The notes under the pieces are model-generated. The model searched no databases. It was not told the DNA's origin and was given only the letters and a program-made list of their open reading frames with translations. The position numbers and the translations under genes are program-made. From the human T2T-CHM13v2.0 reference genome, Homo sapiens: a DNA stretch of 64,000 nt. The DNA is taken from the NCBI RefSeq assembly GCF_009914755.1, contig NC_060929.1; one strand, written 5' to 3'. Below are positions 45,400 to 63,300 of the stretch, piece by piece; the stretch's first letter is position 1, and each line of letters begins with the position of its first letter.

Positions 45400-45900
45400 T
45401 ACGCATGAAATTGCTGTGTGTAGCAAAAACTAGATGCAACTCGGAGTCCATCAACCGTAGATTGGATAATTTATGATGGGTTGAAAAAATGATTGAGGGG
45501 TCGAACCATGGAATGCTATATAGCAATGGAAATAAGCTACAACTGCTTGTAATAATCTGGATGAATCCTCAAAACATTTAACTGAATTAATTTTTTAATG
45601 ATTAAGTAATAAACTCAGCATAATTCTAGTTATTTAAACATCCAAAATAAGACAACTAAGTAATATGTTATTTACAGATGAATAAATCAAAGAAAAGGGT
45701 GGAAATTATTTTTTTTATTATGCTACAAATTTAAAATTAGGTTACCTCTTGGAGGAGGAAGGGAGATTCAATAATGGAAAGGTGTCTAGGGAATTTAACG
45801 GTCCTAGTCACATTCTGTTAAGCTTATGGTGGGTAAATGGGTATTTCTTTTAGCTTTCTTTAACTGTACATTATACACGCATATTGTAAATAATATATAC
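45400..45900 (+). mobile_element. L1ME-like 3' end fragment
   Basis: GTAGCAAAAACTAGATGCAAC...CCATCAAC, ATCTGGATGAATCCTCAAAACAT, GGTTACCTCTTGGAGG. Confidence 0.65.
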
Positions 45901-48900
45901 AACATATACACATCATCATACATATATGATAGAGTGTATAATTTCATTTATGATGTAACACTTTCCCTCTAAGAAACAATTCTGTGTTAGTTGACACTTT
46001 TATGAATCAGGAGTTTCAAAATGCATGTTAAATAGGTCTCTGCTGGCACGTGATAGACTAAGTGAATTGTTAGAAAGCCAAGAGCATTATTTCAGTCAGC
46101 TGGCAATTGATACCAATCATCACAGCTGACTTTTCCACCTAGCAATCTGTGCCAATTGTTAACACGGGTGAAGTGAGCCAATTGCTTGAGAACAGGTTTC
46201 CTTAATTTATATTAAAATTTAGCCTTAAACAGACATGTTGAGGAATTAAGAAAATAAAAAGGACAAACCAAAAATGCCAAAAAAATGTAGAATATTTTGA
46301 AGCCAGTGCTTTCATTTCACATATAAACCTTCATTCAGAGTGATTGGAAATCAAAAGTCTATTGAATGTACATCATTTCTGGCAATTGTATAATTCATAA
46401 ATAGACAAATGGCTTAAGAAACATGATGAAAAAAATGTACTCCCAAGGAGGTATCATCTATGCCAAGTTTACTGCTGAGATCATGAACCAGTGACAATAG
46501 GGGTTAATAATGGAAATGTTGGTAGTCCTCTACTTATAATAGAATGAACAGTGCTGCTATAATTACAATTTTCTTTTTTTTTCTGTTACACAGAAATGAA
46601 TCAATATCCTAGTAGAGAGAGGATAAAAATGTCTTTAATAATTTGCTTTGCTCTTCAAAAGAATTGGCTTCCTAGGTCTGCAAGTCAATTGTATCATTCA
46701 AAATTATCACAAGGCTATTTATCAAATAGCGTAAATTAAAATTTGTTTTGACCTACTGAAGGCTATTTTATGTGATTTTCAGTAGAGACTGAATAATCAT
46801 GAACAATTTCCTTTTCTTTACCAAGTTACTTTAAAAAAAGAATCAATATGTTATTTCAGCAGATATTTAGAAGATTCAACTCTTCATGTGATCTTTTGCT
46901 AAGTTATGCCAACACCAAGACTGTTACATATGGATTCTTGTTGCCTTAACTTGTTTTTAATTAGGACCAGAGAAACATTTGATTAGTGACTGTAGCAGTA
47001 ACTGATATATCTTACTTGGACTGTTATTATTTCCAAGAAAACTAATAGCCAATCTGATTTGCCAATAGAGCAATATTATAGGATAAGTAAGTAAAATTGG
47101 GAATATACGCAATGAAAAAATGTATGCTTTCCACATACAACCAACTTTAAATTTGTTTGAGTTGTGTAAATAATTTGGCATGTAGTCTAAGTTAAATCAA
47201 TAATAGTAGTCTCAAATTATCCTTGATACTTTGTTTCTTTTATTTTCTTTATTAACTTGAGAATCCGTATTTGCAGGAGGAGCCTGGAATAAAAGATTGC
47301 TGAAATTTTGCAATAAATAAATCTTTTTAGAGGTGAGTAATATTAAGCCTCCTTTAAACCTACATAATGAATTCAATTTAATAAAATTTAGAGACAAAAA
47401 TAAAATTCGAAGAAGGAAGATAACTCTGGGTTTTTTCATATCTCTGATTTTTCTATTAATGGGTATTTCATTACCATCTTCAAGTACAGCAATACCATTT
47501 TAAAGAATATTGTTGATTGATGTTCTTTCTGTTTAGTCTTTTACCTGATTAGCTAATTTTCTCTTTCACTTATTAATCTGCTAGGTCTCTGCCCTGTGAT
47601 TCTGTGCTCACTTTCCTCTAACTTCCTTTAGCTCTTCTTCAAGTTGTATTCACTATAGGGCGACAAATTGTGCTCACAAGAGCTCCAGCACCTCACTTAA
47701 GAGCTCTGTGATTGTAAGGTAGGACTTAATCTCCCTGGTACTCATTCACTCATTCCTAAGAGCCTCAAATAAGGAAGTGTTTCTGAAACAAGTGTGAAAA
47801 CTCTCAAAGGGCCTCTAAAATTCCGTTTGACTTGCAAACAATGTCATACCTACACAATTAATAATACAAAGGAAAAAACAGACAATGCTGTTGGGTACCA
47901 GGTACTCTCTCCTAAGTGTTTTTTCTATTTTAACTCCTTTGATTTTTCATAGATATAAAAACTGAGTCCTCAAGAGGTAAAGTATTTTACCCAGTGCTTA
48001 TAGTTTCCAGGTCCCTCCCAGTAACCACTATTTAGCCTCTCCAAATTTCTGTTCATTAATTGATGAAAACATCCAATAAAACAAAGGAAAGGCCAATACA
48101 CTTTTAAAACTTCAGAACAACTGACTTCTTTTCTTCCTGATCTACTTGTCCATATTGAACAATGAATAGACATGGCTTGTATCTCTGTGATCTCTCATTT
48201 TCCAGCTTTAGGTTCCATTTCCCTGCAGATGGCACTTAATTTCAACAAGTTAACCTTGGTATCTTTCTAAATGACACATTCAATTTAGAGTCTCTGGCAA
48301 ATTTACTATCTTGCCGAATTCTCAAGTTTGACTCTGGAAAATGTCAACTTTTTGACATTCTCCTCCAGCTTCACTTTTGAAGAATTTTCTCATAAATCTG
48401 AATGAAGTAAAGACGCCATCATCTTTCATGTGTACTTCTCTGATCCCTACCACCAAGCTAAGAGTGTGGGCTCCTTTGGCTCATTGTTTCCTATACCAAA
48501 ATGCTGCTATTTATTCTTTCTTGAAATTGGTCGTATTTCTTTATCCCTCCTTTCAGAAACAAATCTACGTTGGTTTATTTATAAACTCCTATTCTTTCTA
48601 CATGTTAATATAGATCTTTGTTTTGTTCTCGGACTTAAGTAATTACAAGATTCTTATGCTATTAATATAACCTGTTGACAGGCTTAATGCCTTGGAATTC
48701 ATTTGTATATGAGACTGTTATCATACTCTTTACATTTTAGTGTTCTATAGGCATGTATTATGTCTTTCAAATTTTTATGTGTTCATACTAACTAGCATAG
48801 TGATCAATGCTGTAAAATTTAGATAATAAAGACTGAAGAAGCATTATAGAGCCTTCAATTCAATCTCTTCATTTTACACAAACAGAAGCTGAGTTGTTGG

Positions 48901-49374
48901 TTGTGAACTGGAAATTAATAGCATTATTTTTCCATTACATATTTATCCAGTGTTTACATTATTGAAAGCCTATAATGTCCACATATCTTAAGACATTAAG
49001 TTTCAGAGCTCTCAGTGGGATGGTCATTTACCACTCTTTACTAGGAATTGGCTGAAAGGAATTCAGAGGTGCATTTTAAAATATGTTTCTTTACTAAGTG
49101 GCCTGAGAGAACATGGCATGATTGGGGAAATGGAAGCATTCTGGGATATTGGTGTGTAGGGCCACTGAGAGGGGAATTTGAGAGATGAGGCTGAACAGGT
49201 ATTAAGGAGTCAGTCATGAAAGGCCTCGTGTTTCATGTTAAAGGATTCATGTCTTCCCACGGATAATGAGATGCCTAAGAGACCAGATTCACCTACATAC
49301 CTTTTCTAGGACAATTCATCATCTCAGTGTCAAGGGCACATGTCATGTTGCTCTTTCTTGCTGCTTACCAAGAA

Positions 49375-49665
49375 AGGTAGGTGGAATTCCTAAATGGTCC
49401 CTAAGATTTTCTACCCTAATCCTTGGGAATGCGAACACAAGGAATTGTTTCTCCTGTAATCGGGTTACGTTGTAGGGCACAGTTAACTATGAGAAAGAGA
49501 AGTTATCTGAATGGAGCTAACCTACTTAAATAAACCCTTTAAAACCAGAGAAATTGCTCTGGTTGCTAGCAGAAGAGCAAATCAGAGACTCTAAGCATGA
49601 GAAAGATTTCATACCCTATTTCTAGCTTGAAGGTGGATGGAGCCAAGTGCCCGGGAATGCAGGAG
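49375..49665 (+). mobile_element. MLT1 (MLT1E-like) LTR, 5' part
   Basis: GAATTCCTAAATGGTCCCTAAGATT...CCCTTTAAAACCAGAGA...GCTTGAAGGTGGATGGAGCCA. Confidence 0.7.
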
Positions 49666-49679
49666 AAAATTACCATAAC

Positions 49680-50700
49680 AAGCTGACTGATTTCACTTTA
49701 AAATTCAAAGATTAAATAGACACTCAATAATGCCCTGAAATCTTATGTTCCTATAGCAGGCTTACTTTTCCTACTACTAAAAAGACTATTTTAGATATTC
49801 TTCCCTTTCCTCAAACAGTCCTCATCTCTACTCCACTATTAGTATCAGGGGATGGCCTTACCTCAAATTTTATTGAGGAAATAGAAGCCGTATGATAGGA
49901 AATATTTTACATTTTCTATGCCAAATCTAAAATCCTACCTATACTGAAATCTATCTTTTTTTTCCCTCTTATTTCAACTGAGGATAATTCACCTCTACCA
50001 GCATCGAACGCAAATTCCTATACTCCTTCTTTATCTCATTCTTCTCCGATACTCAAAGTTCCTGGGGCTCTACCTCTTTTAGTTATCTTCTCTCTCCCCT
50101 TCTACTGTACCATTCTCATCAGCACATAAACATAGTCTGTAATCTGCCATCATAAATAAGAATTCATCCCTTTTCCTCAGCTACAATCTCATTTATCTGT
50201 GTCCCTTCAAAGTTAAACTTCTAAAAGAGTTGTCTACATTAGTTATTTGTGTGTCTTCACCTTCCACAACTCAACCCACAACAGAGTGATTTTCACCCCA
50301 TAATTCCACTGGAAGTGCCCTTATCAAAATACAAGGATGTCCAAGAACCTATTTCCAAAGAGCACTCTGAATTATTACTTAAACTTTGAATACTCTTCAG
50401 AAGTCAACCACTCCTTTCTTGAAATACTGTCCTCTCTTAACATTCACAGCAGCACTCTCCTGGTTTGCCTCAACTCAGCGGCTGCTTCTTTTCTTCCTCT
50501 CTGGTTTCTTCATTTTTATTATTTTTGCTTCCAAATGCCTAGATTCCTTCATGCTCATTCTTGAGTCCTCTAATTAATTTTATACACATTTACCTTGGAG
50601 ATAGTTACTCATTTGCAGGAATTTAAATGTATCTTCATGTTAATAATGTTTATAATTTATCCTTGGTCCAGATTTCTCCTCTAAAGAAGACTCCAATAAA
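49680..50700 (+). mobile_element. L2 fragment
   Basis: ATTGAGGAAATAGAAGCC and AGTCAACCACTCCTTTCTTGAAATACTGTCCTCTCTT. Confidence 0.75.
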
Positions 50701-50819
50701 GGAAATGAATTAAATTTTGTTTTCCCAGTATAGGGAACAGAAAGAAACATGAGAGTACATGTGGACTTTAAGTGTTTCACATGGCACCCCAATAGGTCGT
50801 CGTTTATGATAGAAGTAGG

Positions 50820-51070
50820 GCTAGCTCTGTTTTCCAGCTCTGTTATATAACTGTCTTATTGGACTAGATTCTAAGATTATTCTAATACCTTCTAGGCCTA
50901 TGACCTTGGACAAGTTATTTAACCTCAACAAACCTTAATATGTGCATTTATAAAATGAATTTATCATTACCATGTTATGATTTACATTGAAGAAACTAAA
51001 TAAAATATAAATTTGCTTAGTACAATGCCTGAGATACTCCAGATTTTCAGAAAACACTATTTTTTATATT
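50820..51070 (+). mobile_element. MIR
   Basis: TATGACCTTGGACAAGTTATTTAACCTC...TATAAAATG...GCTTAGTACAATGCCTG. Confidence 0.75.
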
Positions 51071-52326
51071 TATGATAAAGCTTTTTACATTTTTCTGAAT
51101 TACAGCTGCTTATATTTTATAGCATCTTACAATACCTATAATCTAAGTAGAAATGATAATACAGTTGTATAAAAATATTCTGTTGATGCCTTCTGGTAAG
51201 ATCAAGTATCAAAGGGTCTTAGGTTTGATGAACTAAAAGCCCTCAAACTCTGTCTTACTAGAACAAAGCTTTGTCGATAATAGAAGTAGAGAAATTGAAG
51301 ATACGTTATAAACCTTCAGAAAATTTAAAATTTAATTGGTGCAAAAAAAAAGTTAAAATTGGAGAAATGAATGGAGTATTTTGTTTATGGGCAGCAAGTA
51401 TGTAAAGGTGTAGCCCAAACTATGAAATAATGAGAAAATTTAGCGTGATCCAAGATGTCATGGCAATACTTAGGAGAAGAGGAGTTTGCATTGAAATTTA
51501 CGAAGAGCAATCAATGAAGGGGAGGCAAGGGGAAGAAACTATGGAAGAACTACATGATCAGTTTTGGAGAGATGGGAATAAGTATGCCTTGTTGAAAAAT
51601 GTAGGAAACTGGCTAAACCAACTCTCACAGAGTTTTATAAGAGAAGGTCGCATAACCTGTCTTGAGATTGATGAACAAAATCTGTATATTCCAAGTTGAG
51701 TTTATAATTGGGGTAAGAAAAAGAGGAAAGAAGAGTGGCTCAGAGTCCGTAGTTGCTGTTCAAGTGTACAAAAACTTATTCTTGAATTAGAATGGCAGCT
51801 GAAGAAATGGTAAATCAGTTGAATCTTAGAAAGACTAAGAAGCAAGATTTAGAAAGAGCTGATCACTCTAAAGGCAAAGAAACGCTGTAATCAAGCCTCA
51901 TTCTAGATGGTCCTGGAAGACTGTGAGTTTGGAGGCTATGTAATCAGAAAGCCAAAATAAGAAAGAAGAAATGGTTTGTAGGTTTAGATAGATGAAGATT
52001 TTAATCAAATGGAATGAGTTCAATAATTATGAAGACACACGTGAGGAAATTTGTGAACTGGAGAAATAAAACAGGAGCAAGATTATCAAGACCCGTCTAC
52101 ATTTGTTATTTTTTTTTCTCACTTTTAGTGCAGTATTCTTAGTTCAGTGTAATGTGCTAAATTAATGATTACACTAAGCTGATATAATTAGATGATCGAT
52201 TTCTTTGCCAAACAAAGAGAAGATAGACGAAACACTGGAAACTTTAGTGGTCAGTGTGAACTATTACAAATCTAGAGTAGAAAATCTGACATTTAGATCT
52301 ATGCTTTGAACTGTATGTTTCTGGGA

Positions 52327-54933
<2,607 letters not shown>

Positions 54934-57330
54934 TGGAGAAAAGATAAGAATTTCAGGAAACAGGGAATATGAGTTAATTTACATTTCCTGATTTTTGCCC
55001 TTTATTTGAAGTAGAGATAAATCATATTTCCTTATTTTTGTTGCAATAATTTCTTTAAAATAATAAACTTTTACCAAGACAAAATTAGATTATTTTAGGC
55101 CTAAAGAATTAAAGCTGGCAGTAATGAAAAAATAAATTAACAAATGAAAACATATTGTATTTATAATTGCCAGATATTTTCCCCCTTACGTAAGCATCCT
55201 CTTATGATACAGCAGTAGCAGATTTCTTCACATTGTCTATACAACGTAATTCAATTCAATATATACTTCCTAAAAATGTTATTCACTAATTGCAGATAAC
55301 CGAATAGAGAAATATGAAAACAATTTAAAATAAAATCAGAAGTGTATTATGAGAATCTGAGCACTGATTTTTATTTGCAAATATACTATTTTTTTAAAAA
55401 AAAAGACGTCCATAAATGATTCCCTTAAAGAGTTCAATGAAGGAAAATTAAAACCATGTTTTTAGTGTATTACATTTTCCTCTCTTAACAGCAAAAGGTT
55501 TGAGTCTTTTGGTATATGGTCATCAACTGTTACTAACCACTGGATGCTTCAGTCTCTTCCCTTAAAGAATCAACCCACCTTCCACCTTTTTTTACATCTG
55601 GAAAATAAACTTAAAGTCAGGCATCAGAGGAGAGTTGTTTCATTAATTTAGAAGACAATTTTAAAAGCAATACTCTTTCCTGAACATTCATACTATGATG
55701 TGAATATCATTTTATTAGTCAAAACATAGTTTATTTGTGATATTATTATGCTATCATTTTCAGTTACATGCAAATCAAGGGAACACTTTGACCTAATGAG
55801 GTGCTTACCTGAAAAACAGCTCAGTCATTTATTGCTCTATTTTTTGTTTTTGTTTGTTTAGGTATGGGTTGAGTAGATTTGGTCCCTTCTTTCAAACCTA
55901 GTAATTATTCCTTGGGAATCAATCCATAAAATAGCACAATTAGTGTACATACATAAGAGGAGAAGACAATTGATAAACTCAAGAAATTTGTGTGGTAGAA
56001 TAACCAAATATTGAGGTGAATGAGGTAGACTGTAAAATACTACAGGTAATAATGACTGCAAAATGAACATAAACATGGCTTTCCAAACCTTTAAAAAATG
56101 TATATTATTAGCTTTAGGACTTAACAAACCAAATGAAAATTAAGGCCATTCTGAATGCAAAACAAAATCTTCAAAACAGAGCGCATATTTTTGGCGGGTC
56201 AAGAGTGGCAAGACCACCAGTGTATGTGAGAGAAAGGAAGTATATTTACGACAAGTACTGTGAGCAATTGCAATATCCACAGGTTTGGCTCATTGGCGGG
56301 AGTGCCATCAATAACAGTGATGATGTAATCATATTGGTAAGACATTCAAGGTAAGTCACCCCCTTACATATTCCATTTCTAAATGAAAGTAAAGAAATAC
56401 GATTTGGTGCTCAGAGAAAATGTTTATATTTAAGAAAGATTTTCACTACTATGGCAGGGTTCAAGGAGGAAAAATTAAAAGAGGAGGTAAAAGATTAGAA
56501 ATAAAAGTTTTATACCATCAAATCAGTGATTTTTCATATGACAAAATGTTAATTTAAATTTAAATATTGACTAGAAATATATTTAATTGAAAATTTAGTC
56601 ACATATTTTGTAGCTGAAGTCCAGAACAGATTTTTCACCATCTATGTCTAAGGGAAAGACATGAGTAATGTATCTGTCATCATTTCTTTGGTGTTTGTTT
56701 AGTCACATTCATTAAAGGGCAAAAGCTTCTCTATTTATTTTTTCCAAAGTCATTTTTCTATGAAAATATCTTTATATTAAAAGATAACAAAAATTGAAAC
56801 AGACACAGTAAGTATTTAATAATTTTGGAAAATATTATTTATCTTTTCCTGACTTCCTTAAAAATGAATTCTACTATACAAAAGAGAATAGAAACACAAC
56901 AAAAACATTATTCATAACCATATTTTGCAGAGTGATATATCACTTTATTTTCAGAAACAAATTTAATCTTCTCTTTTCCAAAATTAAAATTAATCTTTTT
57001 CATTTTTATGACCCTGTATATCGATTTTAAAGTATTTTAAAATAGTATGCCATATTAGTGAAAGTTTTAATTTTTTATATTTGATATTATGTCTTCGATT
57101 ACAAGGTACAGTATTATTTATTAAAGTATGTAGTTTTATAAGTGTGGATACTACCATTTTGGAACATTAATTTTGAAGCCATAGTTTTTAGCTGCTCTAA
57201 AGTAAGAACATTTTTCATAGAACATCTTCTCGTGAATGTTTTGTACTGTACTGTGATATGTTAATAAATTCATGTGGCAAATCCACAAACTCAACATTTT
57301 CTAAATATATAATTTTAGAGTGAATTATCT

Positions 57331-57715
<385 letters not shown>

Positions 57716-57993
57716 TAGAGAAAAGAAGAATAGATTTATACCTCTTTATGCAAGTCTCAGCTCTTATCAACAGTGTATATGCAGGCACATTAGCCAGTAT
57801 AACAGGAGATTAACCCATAAACCCAAACTGCCAACCTCTTAATTTATAGATGAGCCAATTCGTCTCATCTGCAGAGAGTGAGCATTTCTCCTCATGCTGC
57901 AGTGCATGCCACAATCCAAATTATAATTTCCAGGCATGATAGTGAATCCGGAATCAGGGCAAAGAAAGTTGGGTCATCTCAGTGTCTATTTTT

Positions 57994-58277
<284 letters not shown>

Positions 58278-60059
58278 CCCACCCTCAGTCTCTATTTTTA
58301 TGAAGTCATGATAATCTGGCATCCTTTTCTTTTTTACTCTGGAAATTTTATTATGTAAATGAATCTAATGGTCTGAGATCCAAGCTCACTTTTTGCAAGT
58401 ATTATTTGTATTCTCCAACACTTGCATTTCTGGATTCTTTGTCCTTTTAATTTTCATTCATTGCTTTGCCTACATCTTTTCCTCATGGCACAGTGCAATT
58501 TCCAGGATTAGAAATTATTTTATATTTACTATATTCTATAGAGATGGCTTATTGATGTTACTCAAGGAAATTTTTCCATTTTATGAGTAATCTTTGTTCA
58601 AATCACAAAGTAGGGTGCTAGAGCTAATCCCTTCTGATGTGTGGATGCAAATGTTGATCAGATATTGTGGAGCAAATGACAAGTAAAGTCTAAGCTGAGT
58701 AATGAGGCAGTAAGGGGACATCCACATTTAGAATTATTGTTAATTCTCAGATGAATTGCAATCATCTTCCTTAAATTCTATCTGAAAAGAAAACCAAAAG
58801 CCTTACATTCCAGAGTGATATAAAATAACCTATAAATGTAATATCAGAGTCACTATGTATAATCTCTAATATTTTCAGAAACAGAAGAGTGAAATAGGTG
58901 TCCCAAGATGAACAAAAAATCACTATTTTTTAAAAAATTACACAAGATTATATAGTAGAATTGTAGACACAACGATAATGCTAATGTTAGTTAACACATT
59001 TATTCACAATCTATTATTAAATTAACTAAGCATCGCATTCATCTCTCCCATTTTTGTCATTGCCTTCCCCCTGACAGCACCTTCATGATACCTTCCCACT
59101 TCCCCAAACCCCTTGGTTATACCACCTCATGTCTCCTTTCCTTAGTCTTATGCTTTTTGGAATTTTATCTTTTCTCAAGGATGAAGCTGTTGCTCCTATA
59201 ATAGGATTGCCTTCTCTCACCAGAATGCATTCAAGCTGAGGGGCTGGTACCCTGAATCAAAATGCAAGGTTACAATTTAAGTGAGAGGCAAGGCTACTCA
59301 TAAAGAATTGTGATACAGCAACTAGAAAGATTATAATTGAAGCAATGATTCATAACTATTTGCTAATATAAAAAGATAACAGATGTGAGCCTACATATAA
59401 GAACTGGGGTTTAGGTGATATCTACATTTCTGGGTACATTGATAATTTCTCTGAAAAAGTCCTGAAGGAACTTCTGATAAGCAAAGAAGAAAAAGTTCAT
59501 TTTCTAGCTAAGGAAGAAAAAACGTTTCAAGGGAATTTATTCTAGTAGTGCAACAAGCATTGGGGAAAATATTCAACTACAGTAGTAGTCAAAGAAGACT
59601 AATAACATTATATAATATAATGACTTACATATTAAGTTAGCATATTTTAAATAAGCCTTTCTAATGTTGATATAAGACTAGGAAAATCTGTTAGAAAGAA
59701 TCAATGGAGATTGTATTTTTTACAAGATTGTTAATATCTGTGAAGAGTTTGATCTACTCAAACTTTTAGAAAAGAGTTATTAATAAAGTTATTTACAGCA
59801 GTTTTATTTAAAATAGCCCAAACTGAATACACTCTAAAATTCCAACAATTGGGAGCAACAACAACAAAAAATGGAGGGGTATAATGGTATATGACATAGT
59901 ATAAAACTATATTAACAATAATGAGACGAAAATTATTTTAAAATAATTTTTATTATTATAGAAAAACACATGAACACAGAGATTGGAAATGCTATAAACA
60001 CAACATGTTCAATCTTCCTGGGTCTTCAATGTAGCCTGGAAATACTTCTATTTCTCCTC

Positions 60060-61060
60060 TTAGCTCTCTTTCCTTTTATCCTCAGCAACTATTTACAAAG
60101 TTCTTAAGTCTTCTCACAGCTCTGACCCTACAACCTCACAGATCCCTCTTGGAGAATTTGTTTACCTTCTCTTCCACAAAGCAAATGGATGCTGTCAGAT
60201 TTCTTCAACTTCTTTTCACAAAACCTTCACAATTTTCCAGCAGCTGTCCTGGTTCCTTTCTTCCTCCTCTCTAGCTGGTGTAGAAAAGGAGCAGTCTGCC
60301 TAGCCTAAAGCTGATCCTTCTGCACTCTGAATCCCACCACCTCTGTTTCTTTAACATTCTTACTTCTCTTTTTCTCTCCCCTTCCTTCAATATCTTCCTT
60401 AATCACCCAAATCCGCCATTTAAAAAAATTGCTCATTTCTCCAACTTTAAAACAACAATAATAAACACTTAAAGATTTTCTTTTTCCATAATAATCTTCA
60501 AAGAATTTATCATTCCTTCAAGTCCCAATCCACTGCAATCTGACATCTAGTCTTTACCTTACATCTCAGCAGCATTTACCAAGATGCCATTCCTTTCTTG
60601 AGTTACTCTCTTTCCTTAGTTTTTGTGACACCGCTCAATTCTGCCTGCCCTCCTCTCTTTCTGACCATCCCCATTAAACCTCTCTGTTGGCTCCTCCTCC
60701 ACTGATTGTCTCATAACATTGGTTTTCTTTCATAGCTCTGTCCAAGACCCCTTCATGCTTTACTTGGTGCACGCTCACTAGGTGACCTCTGCTACTGCCA
60801 TAGGCTTCAAGTAGAATTATAAGAGGATGAGGCTCAGATCGTTACATCTAGTCCTGACCACTCTCTCTTACCTTTTAGAGATGTGTATCCAGTTGGCTGG
60901 TGGACACTTCCAAGTGGATGTTCCATGAAACCTTAGATTCAATATGCCAAAATTTCTGTGTCTAGATCCTCTACTCTCACCTAAATGGACTTCTCCTCTC
61001 ATGTATTTGCTACCTTAGTGATGGATAAACCCAGTTATCCAAGTCAGAAATTTGGCAGTA
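60060..61060 (+). mobile_element. L2 fragment
   Basis: CCACTGCAATCTGAC, CTAGTCCTGACCACTCTC, GGATGTTCCATGAAACCTTAGATTCAATATGCCAAA. Confidence 0.75.
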
Positions 61061-61061
61061 A

Positions 61062-61482
61062 TTTTTTTTAATTTCATTATTATTATACTTTAAGTTTTAG
61101 GATACATGTGCACAACGTGCAGGTTTGTTACATATGTATACATGTGCCATGTTGCTGTGCTGCACCCATTAACTCATCATTTAGCATTAGGTATATCTCC
61201 TAATGCTATCCCTCCCCCCTCCCCCCACCCCACAACAGTCCCCAGTGTGTGATGTTCCCCTTACTGTGTCCATGTGCTCTCATTGTTCAATTCCCACCTA
61301 TGAGTGAGAACATGCGGTGTTTGGTTTTTTTGTCCTTGCGATAGTTTGCTGAGAATGATGGTTTCCAGCTTCATCCATGTCCCTACAAAGGACATGAACT
61401 CATCATTTTTTATGGCTGCATAGTATTCCATGGTGTATATGTGCCACATTTTCTTAATCCAGTCTATCATTGTTGGACATTT
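61062..61482 (-). mobile_element. Young L1 3' end (L1PA3/PA4-like), about 420 bp
   Basis: TTATACTTTAAGTTTTAGG...TTTAGCATTAGGTATATCTCCTAATGCTATCCC. ORF2 C-terminus WIKKMWHIYTMEYYAAIK. Confidence 0.95.
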
Positions 61483-62760
61483 ACTCCCCTAACCCAATAG
61501 TCAATTGATTACCAAATTCTGTATTTCTCCAACCTAAATATTTCATAAATCTCTTCTCTGGGTTTTTACTATCAGAGCCAACTGGTTTCTCTATATCTGT
61601 CTTGCTTATATCCTCTATTGGTAGTGTGTAAATGTTTAACAACTGTTTCTCTGAATAAAAGGAAAGCTTCAATTTGTAGTATTTTCCAGTTTTTGTGTGA
61701 TAAATACAGCATGACTAATTTTGAGCTGCCCAATGTGATTTCAGTCACTGACATTGGGCTGGGAAGTGATGATAACATTTGGCTTTTTTGAGCTTATGAG
61801 CTGGTTTCAGCACACTACTGTTTTTAATAGAGTGTTTTTCCATCCTAGTTGTATGCTGGAATAACCCAGAGAGCTACATATATGTATGTATTTATGTATA
61901 CACACACATATGCATGCACATGGACCTTATTTGCAAAGTTTTACTGGTCTGGGATGGGTCTCAGAACTGATATATTATGAAACTTCCACAAGTCTTTCTA
62001 ATGCGCAATTGAAGTTCATATCAATTTTATGGTGTTTATGTACTCTTTCTAAAATCAATCTGACTGTGATCTTTAACCATCCTCACCCCTACATCCGATT
62101 AAATTATTTAATTGCCTTTGAAGTCCCAGCCAAGTTACTGATAAAACTTTTAAGACCCATATGAACTGGTCTAGTTTTATTTTTCTATTCCTAGAGTATT
62201 TCTTGCTTCCTTTCAGCTAACTAACTGCCCCCAAGTTATCAAGTTTACATTTAGATAGGACTTCTTCCAGGAAGCCTTCCTGCATGAATCGAGTCTAGAT
62301 TTCATTCTCTTCTTGGTTGTATCATAGCACTTTGTACTCCCCACATCAAACACTTTGTGTCTTTAACAGCTCCTTGCAAACAATGATCAAGTGAGTCTTA
62401 TTCTTCATTGTATCCCCAGAGCCTAGAACCTAGTTTTCAAGTAAAATTTCAATAATAAATTTTGACTAAAAGAATAAGTTTTGTTTTCTCACTCCATTAT
62501 TTGTGTATTTGTCAGAATATAATACAATAATAAGAAATCAGAAAATATACAAAATCTGAAAGAAGGCCACTCATAGACCTATCTCCTCCAAAGCTGTTCA
62601 CTTGTGAAAATATATGTTGGCATGTAATTTTTCCAACTTTTTCTGGGCATAGATAACTTAGGCTGTAATACATTATATAATATGTTATCAAGGATTTTCA
62701 TCAATACTTAGAGCTAGTCTGCTTAGGTTAACATCTGCCTTTATAAAAATAAAACCATCA

Positions 62761-63038
<278 letters not shown>

Positions 63039-63139
63039 AAATAAAATGATCAGAACATAGTAAACATACTAAATCTCCCCCATTCTCACCCTGTGCTTCT
63101 TTGCTTTTGAAAATTAATATGATCTAGTAGAAAGAAATT

Positions 63140-63300
63140 AATATGAATCTGCCTCCACCTCTTCTGGGCTGTTATTTAATGCTCCTGAACTTCAATTTTC
63201 CCAACTGTAAAATGGGATTAATAATACCTACTTAAAAGGTTTTTGTGTGGATAATAAGAAATGACAACTGTATAGCATAGGTTTGTAGTTCAATAATATT
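63140..63300 (+). mobile_element. MIR
   Basis: TTCAATTTTCCCAACTGTAAAATGGGATTAATAATACCTAC. Confidence 0.75.

Noticed and set aside
47650-47663. TCACTATAGGGCGA, matching the 3' part of the T7 promoter/vector junction
   Set aside because: The upstream TAATACGAC is absent and no polylinker follows exactly. Best treated as a chance 14-bp match.
46900-48620. Long segment with no recognised repeat, considered as a decayed pseudogene
   Set aside because: The frames I translated gave short, unrecognisable peptides, and I saw no poly(A) tail or TSD. A translated search would be needed.
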